Below, in pieces: positions 36,119 through 46,531 of a stretch of DNA of 64,000 nt; the first letter of the stretch is position 1, and each line of letters starts with the position of its first letter. Origin of the DNA: Thermoanaerobaculia bacterium (GTDB lineage: Bacteria > Acidobacteriota > Thermoanaerobaculia > UBA5066 > Gp7-AA6); contig JBBDKM010000062.1 in assembly GCA_040879385.1 (NCBI GenBank), positions 4,707 to 68,706 of the forward strand, in the 5' to 3' direction. The position numbers and the translations under genes were made by a program. The notes under the pieces are model-generated. The model saw nothing but the letters and a program-made list of their open reading frames with translations. It had not been told where the DNA came from and ran no database searches.

Positions 36119-37432
36119 ATGAACACCGGCTCCCGGGAGGCTCGCTGGTTCTGGATCACGCTGCTGCTGTCGAGCATCAGCATCGTGGCGGTGGTCTTCG
36201 CTGCCTGGGAGCTGGTGGAGAGCCGGTTCTTCCGCGGGGTCGACTACCTGACTCTGCACTACCTCTACATCAGCCGGGGCATCATGTCTTCGCTCCTGCT
36301 CGCCGCGTGGGCCGCGTGGTACGTCCTGCGTGTCCGGCGCCGGAGCGAGGACGAGTTGCGTCGGTCGTGGGAGCATTACCGAAACCTCTTGGAGGCCTCC
36401 CCCGGCGCGGTCGCGCTTTTCGACTCGGATCTGCGGGTGACGGAGTGGAATGCCACGGCCGAACGACTCTATGGCTACAGCAAGCAACAGGTCCTCGGTC
36501 GCTCGCTGCCGACAGTGCCGGCGGACCGGGTCGAAGAGCTCCGCCAGCAGATGGAGCGCGTCCGGACGGGTCAACCGGTGGCAGATGTGGAAACACGTCG
36601 CGCGGATCGCGGCGAGACCAGCTTCGAGGTCCAGCTGAGCCTGCTGCCGTTCCGCGACTCGGCGGGGGAGGACCTCTTTTTGGAAGTGACCTCCGACATC
36701 CGCGAGCGGGTCCGCCTGCGGGAGCGCCTGTTGGAGATCGAGAAGCTGACGAGCATGGGCAAGATGGCGGCGGGGACGGCGCATCACTTGAACACGCCCC
36801 TGGCCGCGATGCTGCTGCGCGTTCAGATGATGCGCGAGCGCGCCCGCCACGCCCCGGTCCAGCCGGACCTCGAGCGGCTGGAGGGCGGCATCCTGTATTG
36901 CCAGCAGTTCGTCAGGCGGCTGCTCGAGTTCGGACGCCGGCCCGCGGCCCGCAAGGAGCCTCAGCCGATCGCCGGCTGCCTCTCCTCGGTCGTAGCCTTC
37001 CTGGCGCCGGCGCTCGACTCGAGGGGCGTCCGCGTCTCCCTCGACGTGGGCGCGGTCGACGGCGACCAGGTGCTCGCCGACCGCAACCTGCTCGAGGCCC
37101 TCTTGTTGATCCTTCTCTCCAACGCGCTCGACGCCGTTGCCGACGGGAGCAGCATCGACGTTCGGTGCCTCCGGGCGGGCGGGGAGCGCATCGAGATCCG
37201 GATCGCCGACGAGGGATGCGGCATCGCGCCGTCGCAGCTTCCCCACGTCTTCGAGCCGTTCTACACGACCAAGGGACCGGGCAAAGGCACCGGGCTCGGC
37301 CTCGCGATCGCACGCAACATCGTACTCGAGCACGGCGGCTCGATCCGCCTCGAAAGCGCGCCGGGTCGAGGGACGGTCGCCTCCGTCGAGCTGCCGGTCT
37401 GGGTCCCCGAGGCCGGGAAGGCGGCGCCGTGA
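36119..37432 (+). CDS. Membrane PAS sensor histidine kinase (NtrB-like)
   Basis: Two TM helices, PAS, H-box AHHLNTPL, NALDA, DEGCG, FYTTK..GTGLGL. Confidence 0.92.
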   Translation: MNTGSREARWFWITLLLSSISIVAVVFAAWELVESRFFRGVDYLTLHYLYISRGIMSSLLLAAWAAWYVLRVRRRSEDELRRSWEHYRNLLEASPGAVALFDSDLRVTEWNATAERLYGYSKQQVLGRSLPTVPADRVEELRQQMERVRTGQPVADVETRRADRGETSFEVQLSLLPFRDSAGEDLFLEVTSDIRERVRLRERLLEIEKLTSMGKMAAGTAHHLNTPLAAMLLRVQMMRERARHAPVQPDLERLEGGILYCQQFVRRLLEFGRRPAARKEPQPIAGCLSSVVAFLAPALDSRGVRVSLDVGAVDGDQVLADRNLLEALLLILLSNALDAVADGSSIDVRCLRAGGERIEIRIADEGCGIAPSQLPHVFEPFYTTKGPGKGTGLGLAIARNIVLEHGGSIRLESAPGRGTVASVELPVWVPEAGKAAP

Positions 37433-38808
37433 GCTCCTCCTTCGCGCCGCACCCCTGCGGCATCCTCGTGGTGGACGACGACGCACGGCTCGCCGCGACG
37501 CTTCAGGAGCTGCTGGTCGGGGAGGGCTACGCCGTCGAGGTGGCTCTCTCGGCGGCGGAAGCGCTCGTGGTCCAGGAGCGCAACCCTTCCATCGCGGTCG
37601 CGCTCGTCGACCTGATCATGCCGGTCACCGACGGCCTGACGCTCTTGGACGAGCTCCACCGCCGTGATCCCGACCTGGCCGTCGTGGTCATGACCGGCTA
37701 CGGCACGATCGAAACCGCCGTGGAGGCGATCAAGCGGGGCGCGGAGGACTATCTCACCAAGCCGATGGACTCGCACGCGCTGCGCAAGAAGGTGGCGCGG
37801 CTGGTGGAGGTCTTCGAGTTGCGGGAGCGCGTGCGGCAGCTCGAAGCCAATCTCGACCGGGCCCCGTGTTTCGAGACGATCGTCTCGGTCTCGCCCCCGA
37901 TGCTCCGGGCCATCGAGCGCGCGCAGACCGTCGCCGCAACCGAGGCCTCGGTGCTGCTGGTGGGCGAGACCGGGACGGGCAAGGAACTGATGGCCAGGGC
38001 GATCCATGCGGCCAGCCCCCGGGCCGCCCGCCCCTTCCTCGCGGTCAACTGTGGCGCGATCCCTCGCGAGCTCGTCGAGAGCGAGCTGTTCGGGGTCCGC
38101 CGGGGCGCGTTCACCGGTGCCTACGCGGATACGCCCGGCATCTTCGCGGCGGCCACCGGGGGGACGGTGTTTCTCGACGAGATCGGGGAAATGCCGAAAG
38201 AAGCGCAGGTCAAGCTGTTGCGGGTGCTCCAGGAGGGAGAGCTGCGGCCCGTCGGCAGCGCGAAGGCCGTGCATGTCGACGTACGCATCGTCGCGGCGTC
38301 CAACCGTCCCCTCGCGGCGTTACGAGACGAGCATCTGCGGCCGGATCTCTACTTCCGGATCGCCACCGTCGTCATCGAGCTGCCCCCTCTGCGGGTGCGG
38401 CCGGAGGACGTGCTCGTGCTGGCGCACTCTTTGGTCGGCCGGATCTCGCGCCGCACGGGCCGCAAGATCACGCTGGCCCGTTCCGCGGTGGACCTGCTCG
38501 TCAACTCCTCTTTTCCCGGCAACGTGCGCGAGCTCGATAACGTCCTGGAGAGCGCGACCACGCTCTCGCGGGACGACCCGCACGTCATCACCGAGAAGGA
38601 CCTGGCCCCTCTCCTGCGCCAATCCGAGGGCGCCCCGCTGCCCGGTCGCTTCGGCGAGCAGGCGCTCTCTCTCGAGACTTTGGAGCGTGCGGCGATCGAG
38701 CAGGCTCTACGCCTTTGCCGGGGCAACCGCACGCGCGCGTCCTCCCTGCTCGGCATCTCCCGCGACACGCTCCACCGCAAGTTGCGTCAGTACCACCAGG
38801 AGGGCTGA
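37429..38808 (+). CDS. Sigma54-dependent response regulator (NtrC family)
   Basis: Receiver domain, GETGTGKE, GAFTGA, Fis HTH. Confidence 0.95.
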   Translation: MSSSFAPHPCGILVVDDDARLAATLQELLVGEGYAVEVALSAAEALVVQERNPSIAVALVDLIMPVTDGLTLLDELHRRDPDLAVVVMTGYGTIETAVEAIKRGAEDYLTKPMDSHALRKKVARLVEVFELRERVRQLEANLDRAPCFETIVSVSPPMLRAIERAQTVAATEASVLLVGETGTGKELMARAIHAASPRAARPFLAVNCGAIPRELVESELFGVRRGAFTGAYADTPGIFAAATGGTVFLDEIGEMPKEAQVKLLRVLQEGELRPVGSAKAVHVDVRIVAASNRPLAALRDEHLRPDLYFRIATVVIELPPLRVRPEDVLVLAHSLVGRISRRTGRKITLARSAVDLLVNSSFPGNVRELDNVLESATTLSRDDPHVITEKDLAPLLRQSEGAPLPGRFGEQALSLETLERAAIEQALRLCRGNRTRASSLLGISRDTLHRKLRQYHQEG

Positions 38809-38995
38809 ACGCCCTTCGGGAGCGCGCGGGCCTCTTCCGTCAGATTTTCGGACGCTGACGCTTTTTCTGACACGACGTCTGCGCGGCCGCGCGGGCAGCC
38901 CCCCCTCCCGCCACTGTTGCCGGCAGGCCTGGAAGTGGCTGCCGCGAAAGGCTTTTTCGCCATGAGCAGAGGTTGGAGCGCTCCGAGAAGACGAG

Positions 38996-39011
38996 TGGCA
39001 GATGGCGTGCA
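38996..39011 (+). promoter_or_regulatory. Putative sigma54 -24/-12 promoter
   Basis: TGGCAGATGGCGTGCA (GG-N10-GC), between the NtrC-family gene and the cytochrome operon. Confidence 0.55.
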
Positions 39012-39037
39012 AAGGAGCAGGCCTGGAAAACGGTTCC

Positions 39038-40282
39038 GTGTCATCGCAGCAGGCGGGACTCGACACGGGAGGCAGGGGGCCTTCGGGGGCCCGGCTGTGG
39101 ATTCGAGTCCTCCTGGCGATCGCCGCGGTCGGTCTCCTGCTCGCCGTTCTGTTCTGGGAGAGAAAGCAGTCCAAGAGCCGGTGGTCGTCGCTCGTCGCCG
39201 GGAGCCCTCGGGCCGGGGCGGAGCTCTTTCAGACGAAGGGTTGCGCTTCCTGCCACAGCCCCGGAGCGGGCCAGGCGCGCCAGGCCCCGGATCTGGCCGC
39301 CGACGAGTCGGGGCGGTCGAGGCCCGACCAACTCGTCACCGTGATGTGGAACCACGCTCCCCAGATGTGGGAGCGAATGCAGGCGCAGAAGATCGTCCAG
39401 CCCGCCTTCAGCGAGCAAGAGATGGCCGACCTCCTCGCCTACGTCTACACGCTCCGATACGTCGGAGAGCCCGGCAACGCGGCGCGGGGTGAGAGCCTCT
39501 TCGCCGCGAAGGGCTGCGTGGCCTGCCACCGCGTGGGGAACAAAGGAGATCTCGCCTCCAGGGACGTCACGGCCCTCGGCGCGACGATGACGGCGGTCGG
39601 CTGGGCGACGGCGATGTGGAACCACCCGGGGGCCAGCGACGCCGACCGGCCCCGCTTCGAAGGCCGCGAGATGAACGACATCTTGAGCTATGTCCGGGGC
39701 GGAGCAACGGCCCCCAGGCTGGACGAGGACCTGCTCAGAGCCGATTTCGGACGCGGCTGGCAGGTCTTCCGGGACAAGTCGTGCGCCGCCTGCCACTCGG
39801 TCAAAGACGAGGCCGGGCGCGTCGGCCCCGAGCTCGGACCGGGCCGAGAGCTGCCGGCCACGATCCTCGAGCTCGCCGGGTCGATGTGGAACCACTCTCC
39901 GGCGATGTTGCGGCAGATGGAGCATCTGCGCATCGCGCGCGCCGTCTTTCGCAAGCAGGAGATGGCCGACCTGCTCGCGTTTCTCTACAGCTTTCGCTAC
40001 GCCGAGCCGGGAGGCTCCCCGAAGGTCGGCGAGGTGCTTTTCGCGGGTCGCGGTTGCAGCCATTGCCACGGCCGGCGCGCGCAGGGCACTCCTCAGGCGC
40101 CGGGGCTTCGCGGGCGCGGCAAGAACTACACGGCCGTGACGATGGCGACGGCCCTCTGGCGGCACGGCCCCGCGATGTACCGGCGCGCCCAGGACCTCGG
40201 CATGTCGTGGCCGCTCCTGGCCGAGAACGACGTCGGGGATCTCATCACTTTCCTGAATACGGCGCCGGAGAACGAGCGATGA
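39038..40282 (+). CDS. Membrane-anchored cytochrome c with four tandem monoheme domains
   Basis: CASCH, CVACH, CAACH and CSHCH, each followed by an MWNH/LWRH-type motif; start uncertain (39002 or 39038). Confidence 0.85.
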   Translation: MSSQQAGLDTGGRGPSGARLWIRVLLAIAAVGLLLAVLFWERKQSKSRWSSLVAGSPRAGAELFQTKGCASCHSPGAGQARQAPDLAADESGRSRPDQLVTVMWNHAPQMWERMQAQKIVQPAFSEQEMADLLAYVYTLRYVGEPGNAARGESLFAAKGCVACHRVGNKGDLASRDVTALGATMTAVGWATAMWNHPGASDADRPRFEGREMNDILSYVRGGATAPRLDEDLLRADFGRGWQVFRDKSCAACHSVKDEAGRVGPELGPGRELPATILELAGSMWNHSPAMLRQMEHLRIARAVFRKQEMADLLAFLYSFRYAEPGGSPKVGEVLFAGRGCSHCHGRRAQGTPQAPGLRGRGKNYTAVTMATALWRHGPAMYRRAQDLGMSWPLLAENDVGDLITFLNTAPENER

Positions 40283-40806
40283 CCGAGGGCCGTGGTCGGT
40301 GGGTGGCGCCCGCTCTCGGGTTTCTCATTCCCTTCACGATCACGGCGGCGGTGGTCGCCTTGCTTCCCCACCACGGGCCGACAAAGCCGGTCCGCCAGCC
40401 GATCGCCTTCAACCACCGCAAGCACGTCGAGGAGGCCTCGCTGACCTGTTCGACCTGCCACCAGTTCTACGAGACGGAGGCTTTCTCCGGCCTTCCGGCT
40501 GCCGACGTCTGCGCGATGTGCCACCTCGAGCCGCAGGGCAAGAGCGCCGAGGAGCGCGAGCTCGTCCGATTGCTGAAGGCGGGCGCGCCGCTCGACTGGA
40601 AGCCGCTCTTCCGCCAGCCTCCCCACGTGTTCTCGTCGCATCGGCGCCATGTCGTGGTGGCCAAGCTCGACTGCCCGGTCTGCCACGGAGAGATCGGGAA
40701 GAGCACGCAGCCGCCGCTGCGGGTGCGGCGCCTGGTCATGCAGGACTGCATCGACTGCCACCGCCGCAGCGGCGCGGCGGCGGAGTGCACGACGTGTCAC
40801 CGATGA
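40279..40806 (+). CDS. Pentaheme cytochrome c (QrcA/ActA-like)
   Basis: TM helix, QPIAFNHRKH, HVFSSHRRH, 5 CxxCH motifs. Confidence 0.88.
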   Translation: MTEGRGRWVAPALGFLIPFTITAAVVALLPHHGPTKPVRQPIAFNHRKHVEEASLTCSTCHQFYETEAFSGLPAADVCAMCHLEPQGKSAEERELVRLLKAGAPLDWKPLFRQPPHVFSSHRRHVVVAKLDCPVCHGEIGKSTQPPLRVRRLVMQDCIDCHRRSGAAAECTTCHR

Positions 40807-40825
40807 GCGATTTCGGGAGCGTGTG

Positions 40826-43255
40826 ATGGAGCGGAGCGCGAGCGTCAGCCGCAGGCGCTTTTTGGGTTTTGCGGTCGGTGCCGCCGCGGGGACGGCGGTC
40901 GGCGTGCCGGCGGGACGGGTTCTGGGCGACTTTCTCCGGGCCACCGAACTGCCCGTCTACCCGCCGCGGGGGCCGGAGAGCTTCGTCCTCTCCGTGTGCG
41001 GCCTCTGCCCGGGCGGCTGCGGGTTGCGCGTCCGGCGGATCGGCGAGCGAGTCGTCAAGGTCGACGGAAACCCGCTCCATCCGGTCAATGGCGGCCGTCT
41101 CTGCCCCCGCGGGCAGGCGGCTCTCCAGAGCCTCTATCATCCCGACCGTCTCGCGGGACCGCTCCGTCGGGTCGGGCCGCGTGGAACGCTCCGATCCTTC
41201 GAGCGAGTCTCGTGGGACCGCGCGCTCGGCGAGATCGCCGCACGTCTCACACCTCTGAGAGAGAAAGGGCGGCCCGAGTCGCTCGTCCTGCTGCGCAACG
41301 GTGCCCGGCGCGTGGGCAGCCGCCTGGCGCAGCGTTTTGTCGCGGCGTTCGGCTCGCCCAACGACGTGACACTGGACCGCGGCGAGGTCTCCACCTCGCT
41401 CGCCTTGCAGCTCGGCCAGGGTCTGCTGGCCACACCCGCCTACGACGTCTCCTCCGCCGACTACGTTCTCTCGCTGGGCGGCGCTCTGCTGGAGGCCTGG
41501 AGCTCGCCGGTCCACGCCTCGCGCGCGTACGGCCACTTCCGGCAGGGCCGCACCGGCCGGCGCGGCAAGCTTGTGCAGGTCGAGCCGCGGCTGTCGATCA
41601 CCGCCGCCTCGGCCGACCAGTGGATTGCCGTCCGGCCGGGCACCGAAGGGGTCTTCGGCCTCGGGGTGGCGGCGGTCATCGTCGCCGAGGGGCTCTACGA
41701 CAGGGAGTTCGTCGCCGAACACACGGCGGGGCTCGAGGACGCGGCGGGAGCCAGGGGGGAGCCTCGGCGCGGCCTGCACGCGCTGCTCGAGCGCGACTAC
41801 AGCCTGGAGCGCGTGGCCGAGGAGACGGGGGTCTCCGCCAATGTGATCCTGCGCGTGGCGCGGGAGCTCGCCGCCGCGCAGCGCAGCGTGGCCGTCGGCC
41901 CTCGCCGCGGACCGCTCCTGCCGGGCTCGCTCCACGGCCATCTGGCCGCGCAGACCCTCAATGCCCTGCTCGGCAGCGTCGATTCGCCCGGCGGCGTGCT
42001 GGTGGCCGAGGAGGCGCCGCTGGCCCCGTGGCCCGAGCTGCCCGAGGATGCGGTCGCCCGGCGGGGCCGCGGGCGGCCGCGCCTGGACGGCGCCGGGAGC
42101 GGGGACTTTCCCTCCCTTCCCTCGGATCCCGAGCGCCTTGCCGAGGCGATCCTCTCCGGCTCGCCTTATCCCGTTGAGGCGCTCATGATCCTCGAGGCGG
42201 ATCCGGTCTTCGCGTCCTTTGCGCCCGACCGTTTCGCGGCGGCTCTCGAGCGGATTCCGCTCGTCGTGTCCTTCGCGACGCTGCCGGACGACACGGCGCT
42301 TTGCGCCGACTGGATCCTTCCGGAATCGCATTTCCTCGAGCAATGGGAGCTCCACACGACGCCGCCGGGCGTGCCCTATCCCGTCGTCAGCCTCTCGCAG
42401 CCGACGCTGGCCCGGCCGCTCCACGACGTTCGGCCGGTCTCCGAGATCTTTCTCGAGCTGGCCCGGCGCACGGGCCCCGAGGTGGCCGCAGCGTTTCCCT
42501 GGAAAGACGTCCAGTCCCTGCTCGAGGCGGAGATGGAGGGCCTCTACGAGCAGAAGCGCGGCGCCATCATGGGCACGGCCTTCGACGAAGCCTTGGCCCG
42601 CATGATGGAGGGGGCGGGCTGGTGGGTGCCGGGCTACCGGTCTGCCGAGGAGCTGTGGACGAAGTCGCGGGAGACCGGCGGCTGGTGGGATCCCTTCTAC
42701 GATCACGGCGACTGGAAACGCGTCTTGAAGACGCGCTCCGGGCGGTTCGAGTTCCGGGCGGACGTCCTCGAGCGGCGGCCCCGGACGGCCGTGGCTGGCG
42801 GCCGTGAGCAGCCCAAGCCCGATGCGCTCGCCCTCGTGCTCTTCGAGCCCCTCGCCCTGGCGGGCGGCACGGGCGCCGAGTTGCCGTTCCTGCAGGGGAT
42901 TCTCGACCCCGGTGAGGAAGAGCGGTGGGAGACGTGGGCGGACATCCATACGGAAACGGCCGCCTCGCTCGGGATCGCCGACCGGGACCGCGTGACGGTC
43001 TCCTCGCCCCACGGCGCCATCTCCGTGCGCGCCCGCGTGGGTCTGCGCGTCGTGCCCGGCGTCGTCGCGATCCCGGTCGGCCAGGGAAAGCGCGCCGGCG
43101 GGCGCTGGGCGGCCGGCATCGGGGCGAACCCGCTGCGGCTGGTCTCGGGGGAGCGGGAGCTCTTCTCCGGGCTGCCTGATCCCGGCGCGACGAGAGTGCA
43201 TGTGTCGAAGGCGACCGGGCGCGAACCGGGCGGGCCGGCAGACCGGAGGAGCTGA
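40826..43255 (+). CDS. Molybdopterin-oxidoreductase-fold subunit (QrcB/ActB1-like), Tat-exported
   Basis: SRRRFLG; CGLCPGGC...GRLCPRG Fe-S motif; ADWILP..FLE; no obvious Mo-ligand Cys after GSPN. Confidence 0.85.
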   Translation: MERSASVSRRRFLGFAVGAAAGTAVGVPAGRVLGDFLRATELPVYPPRGPESFVLSVCGLCPGGCGLRVRRIGERVVKVDGNPLHPVNGGRLCPRGQAALQSLYHPDRLAGPLRRVGPRGTLRSFERVSWDRALGEIAARLTPLREKGRPESLVLLRNGARRVGSRLAQRFVAAFGSPNDVTLDRGEVSTSLALQLGQGLLATPAYDVSSADYVLSLGGALLEAWSSPVHASRAYGHFRQGRTGRRGKLVQVEPRLSITAASADQWIAVRPGTEGVFGLGVAAVIVAEGLYDREFVAEHTAGLEDAAGARGEPRRGLHALLERDYSLERVAEETGVSANVILRVARELAAAQRSVAVGPRRGPLLPGSLHGHLAAQTLNALLGSVDSPGGVLVAEEAPLAPWPELPEDAVARRGRGRPRLDGAGSGDFPSLPSDPERLAEAILSGSPYPVEALMILEADPVFASFAPDRFAAALERIPLVVSFATLPDDTALCADWILPESHFLEQWELHTTPPGVPYPVVSLSQPTLARPLHDVRPVSEIFLELARRTGPEVAAAFPWKDVQSLLEAEMEGLYEQKRGAIMGTAFDEALARMMEGAGWWVPGYRSAEELWTKSRETGGWWDPFYDHGDWKRVLKTRSGRFEFRADVLERRPRTAVAGGREQPKPDALALVLFEPLALAGGTGAELPFLQGILDPGEEERWETWADIHTETAASLGIADRDRVTVSSPHGAISVRARVGLRVVPGVVAIPVGQGKRAGGRWAAGIGANPLRLVSGERELFSGLPDPGATRVHVSKATGREPGGPADRRS

Positions 43256-43258
43256 GCG

Positions 43259-43960
43259 ATGCCGCGGTGGGGGATGGTGATCGATCTGGACCGCTGCACG
43301 GCCTGCCAGGCGTGCGTCGTGGCGTGTCAGGTGGAAAACAACGTTGCGCCCGCCGGGCCGGAGCTCGCGGAGAGGGGCCGCGCGATCTCCTGGCTGCGTC
43401 TGGTTCCTTTCCAGGGAGGGGAGCACGGGACGCGACCGGAGCTACGGCTGGTGCCGCTGCCGTGCATGCACTGCGAGCGCCCCCCGTGCACCCGCGTCTG
43501 TCCGGTGAAGGCGACCCTGATCGACCGGGAGGGGCTCGTTGCCCAGGTCTACCCCCGCTGCATCGGCTGCCGCTATTGCACGACCGCCTGTCCCTACACC
43601 GTCCGCCACTTCAACTGGGACCGCCCGCAGTGGCCGCGCCCGATGGAGGACAGCTTGAGCCCGGACGTGTCGGTGCGACCCAATGGGGTCGTCGAGAAGT
43701 GCACGTTCTGCCACCACCGCCTGCAGCGCGCGCGCGACCAGGCCCGGGCGGAGGGCCGGCCGCTGCGGGAAGGCGACTACGTTCCGGCATGCGTCCAGAC
43801 GTGTCCCGCGGAGGCGATGGTCTTCGGAGACCTCGACGATCCGCGCAGCGCCGTGGCCCGGCTCTCGCAGGGGCCGCGCGCCTTCCGGCTGCTCGAGGAG
43901 CTCGGGACCCGGCCGAAGGTCGTCTACCTGTCGAAAGGAGAATGGGGTGGAGAAGTTTGA
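43259..43960 (+). CDS. Fe-S subunit (QrcC/ActB2/NrfC-like)
   Basis: WGMVIDLDRCTACQAC, CMHCERPPC, CIGCRYC, GVVEKCTFC. Confidence 0.92.
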   Translation: MPRWGMVIDLDRCTACQACVVACQVENNVAPAGPELAERGRAISWLRLVPFQGGEHGTRPELRLVPLPCMHCERPPCTRVCPVKATLIDREGLVAQVYPRCIGCRYCTTACPYTVRHFNWDRPQWPRPMEDSLSPDVSVRPNGVVEKCTFCHHRLQRARDQARAEGRPLREGDYVPACVQTCPAEAMVFGDLDDPRSAVARLSQGPRAFRLLEELGTRPKVVYLSKGEWGGEV

Positions 43961-45287
43961 GCTCGGCGAGGATGCCCGGCTGCTGCGCCCCATCGAGCGC
44001 ACCGGCCGCGCGTTCTGGATCAGCGCGGCCATCCTGCTCTCGATCGTGGCCTGGGGCGTCTTCGCCTACCTCTCCCAGCTGCGCCGCGGCCTCTCGGTCA
44101 CCGGCTTGAACGTACCGGTCTACTGGGGCCTCTACATCACGAACTTCGTCTTCTTCATCGGTATCAGCCACGCCGGCACGCTGATCTCGGCGATCCTGCG
44201 GCTGGCGCACGCCGAATGGCGCCGCTCGATCACGCGCTCGGCCGAGGTGATCACCGTGCTGGTCCTCTTCTTCGGAATGGGGTGCGTGATCCTGGACCTG
44301 GGGCGGCCGGACCGGGTCTTGCACGTCCTGCGCCATGGCAACTTCACCTCGCCGCTGCTGTGGGATGTCACGTCGATCGCGACCTACCTGACGGCCAGCA
44401 CGATCTACCTGTACCTGCCGCTCATCCCCGACATCGCCATCCTGCGCGACAACTTTCCGGGCCGCAAATGGCTCTACCGCACGCTGGCCCTCGGCTGGAC
44501 CGGCACGTCCCGGCAGCAGCGCCTGCTCGACCGGGCGATCGCCGCGATGGCAGTCATCGTGATCCCGATCGCCATCAGCGTTCACACGGTCGTCTCCTGG
44601 GTCTTCGCGATGACGGTCCAGCCGATGTGGCACTCGACGATTTTCGGACCCTATTTCGTCGTCGGCGCGATCTTCTCGGGCATTGCCGCGATCCTGATCG
44701 CCATGGCGATCATCCGCAAGGCCTACCACCTGGAGGCATACCTCAAGCCCGTGCACTTCAACAACCTGGGGCTCCTGCTCCTCGTCATGACGCTGCTCTG
44801 GTTCTACTTCACGTTCGCCGAGTTCCTGACGACCTACTACGGCGGCGAGCCGTCCCACATGGTGATCTTCCTCTCGAAGACGCAGGGCCGTTTTTCGCCC
44901 TTGTTCTGGACGATGATCGTGACGTGCTTCGTGGTTCCCTTCGCGATGCTCGCGAACAACCGGACGCGCGGGACGGTCTGGGGCACGGTGACGGCTGCCG
45001 TCTCGGTCCAGATCGGCATGTGGCTCGAGCGCTTTCTGATCGTCGTTCCCAGCCTCTCCAATCCGAGGCTTCCGCTGACGGCGGCCACCTACACGCCATC
45101 GTGGGTCGAATGGTCGCTGATGGCAGCCTTCGTTGCGGCCTTCATTTTCCTCTACGCGGTGTTCACCAAGCTCTTCCCGATCGTTTCGATCTGGGAGATC
45201 CACGAGGGGCGCGAAAGGTCGCTCGAGGAGGTCAGCGCCCGCGTCCAGAGCTACCTGCCGGCCCCGGCCGGGGTGGAACATGAGTAG
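43947..45287 (+). CDS. NrfD/PsrC-family membrane subunit (QrcD/ActC-like)
   Basis: WGLYITNFVFFIGISHAGTLISAIL, DLGRPDR, SPLLWD, WHSTIFGPYF. Confidence 0.92.
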   Translation: MEKFELGEDARLLRPIERTGRAFWISAAILLSIVAWGVFAYLSQLRRGLSVTGLNVPVYWGLYITNFVFFIGISHAGTLISAILRLAHAEWRRSITRSAEVITVLVLFFGMGCVILDLGRPDRVLHVLRHGNFTSPLLWDVTSIATYLTASTIYLYLPLIPDIAILRDNFPGRKWLYRTLALGWTGTSRQQRLLDRAIAAMAVIVIPIAISVHTVVSWVFAMTVQPMWHSTIFGPYFVVGAIFSGIAAILIAMAIIRKAYHLEAYLKPVHFNNLGLLLLVMTLLWFYFTFAEFLTTYYGGEPSHMVIFLSKTQGRFSPLFWTMIVTCFVVPFAMLANNRTRGTVWGTVTAAVSVQIGMWLERFLIVVPSLSNPRLPLTAATYTPSWVEWSLMAAFVAAFIFLYAVFTKLFPIVSIWEIHEGRERSLEEVSARVQSYLPAPAGVEHE

Positions 45288-46518
45288 CGGGTCTCCCCGT
45301 GCCACTCTGGCGACCGTGCTCGGCCTTGCGACCGCGCTCGCGTCGGCGCCGGAAGCCCGCGGCGAGTTCGGTGACCCCGTTCGGGGGCAGTCGCTCTTCG
45401 TGGAGAAAGGATGCGTCCAGTGCCACGCGGTGCGCGGCACGGGCGGAAGGATCGGGCCGGATCTCGGCCGCACTGCGGGCAAGGGCTCTTTTTTCGAGCT
45501 CGCCGCGGGGATGTGGAATCACGCCATCGTCATGGGGAACAAGATGCAGGAGGCGCGGATCACTCGCCCTTCCTTCCAGAACGATGAGCTCGGCGACCTG
45601 ATCGCTTTCCTTTACTTCCTCAACTACTTCGACGAGCCGGGTGATCCGAAGATCGGCAAGGTGCTCTTTGTGCAGAAGCACTGTATCCAATGTCATCGAA
45701 TCGGCCAGGAGGGGGGGACGGCGGGGCCGCCGCTGGACCGGCTCCCCCGCGGGACGGCGCCACTGCGCATCGCGCAGGGCCTCTGGAACCACGGCCCGGT
45801 GATGGTGCCCTCCATCCGACGCATCGGCATGGAAGTTCCCAAGTTCGAAGGCAGCGAGATCGTCGATCTCTTCGCCTATCTCCGCAGCCGGGGACAGCGC
45901 CAGGCAGCCCGAGAATTCCGATCCGCAGGGGATCCCGAGCGGGGCAAGAAGGTCTTTGCCGATAAGGGTTGTGCCCGCTGCCACGCGATCTTCGGGCGCG
46001 GCTCCGCAATCGGTCCGGACCTGGGAAAGGCAGAGCTACGAGGCAGCGTGACCCAGCTCGCCGGCCGGATGTGGAACCACTGGCCGGCGATGGCAGAGGC
46101 GATGGGGGCCCTGGGGATGGCGCCGCCGACGTTCCATGGAGACGAGATGGCGGACCTGTTCGCATACCTTTTCCTCTCCCGCTACGAGGGGCGGCCCGGC
46201 GACATCGCGCGAGGCCGGGCGCTGTTCGAGCTGAAAGGATGCTCCGCCTGCCACGGCCAACGCGGAGAGGGCAACATCGGGCCCGCCCTCGGTCACTTCG
46301 TCGCCGGCCGGCAAAAAGAGCAGATCACGCAGCTCATGTGGAACCACGCTCCGCAGATGGGCAAGAGGATGAGGGCGTACGGCGTTCCCTGGCCCCGGTT
46401 CGAGGCGGACGAGATGTCCGACCTCGTCGCGTTTCTCGCAGGCGGCCTTCCGATTTCGCCGGCGGCGGGCAGCGCGTCCCGAAGCCCCGCGAAGTCCGAG
46501 CCCGCCGTCAAGAAATGA
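45280..46518 (+). CDS. Secreted cytochrome c with four tandem monoheme domains (paralogue of the 39038 gene)
   Basis: CVQCH, CIQCH, CARCH and CSACH with MWNH/LWNH motifs. Confidence 0.85.
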   Translation: MSSGSPRATLATVLGLATALASAPEARGEFGDPVRGQSLFVEKGCVQCHAVRGTGGRIGPDLGRTAGKGSFFELAAGMWNHAIVMGNKMQEARITRPSFQNDELGDLIAFLYFLNYFDEPGDPKIGKVLFVQKHCIQCHRIGQEGGTAGPPLDRLPRGTAPLRIAQGLWNHGPVMVPSIRRIGMEVPKFEGSEIVDLFAYLRSRGQRQAAREFRSAGDPERGKKVFADKGCARCHAIFGRGSAIGPDLGKAELRGSVTQLAGRMWNHWPAMAEAMGALGMAPPTFHGDEMADLFAYLFLSRYEGRPGDIARGRALFELKGCSACHGQRGEGNIGPALGHFVAGRQKEQITQLMWNHAPQMGKRMRAYGVPWPRFEADEMSDLVAFLAGGLPISPAAGSASRSPAKSEPAVKK

Positions 46519-46531
46519 GGAGGAGAAAATC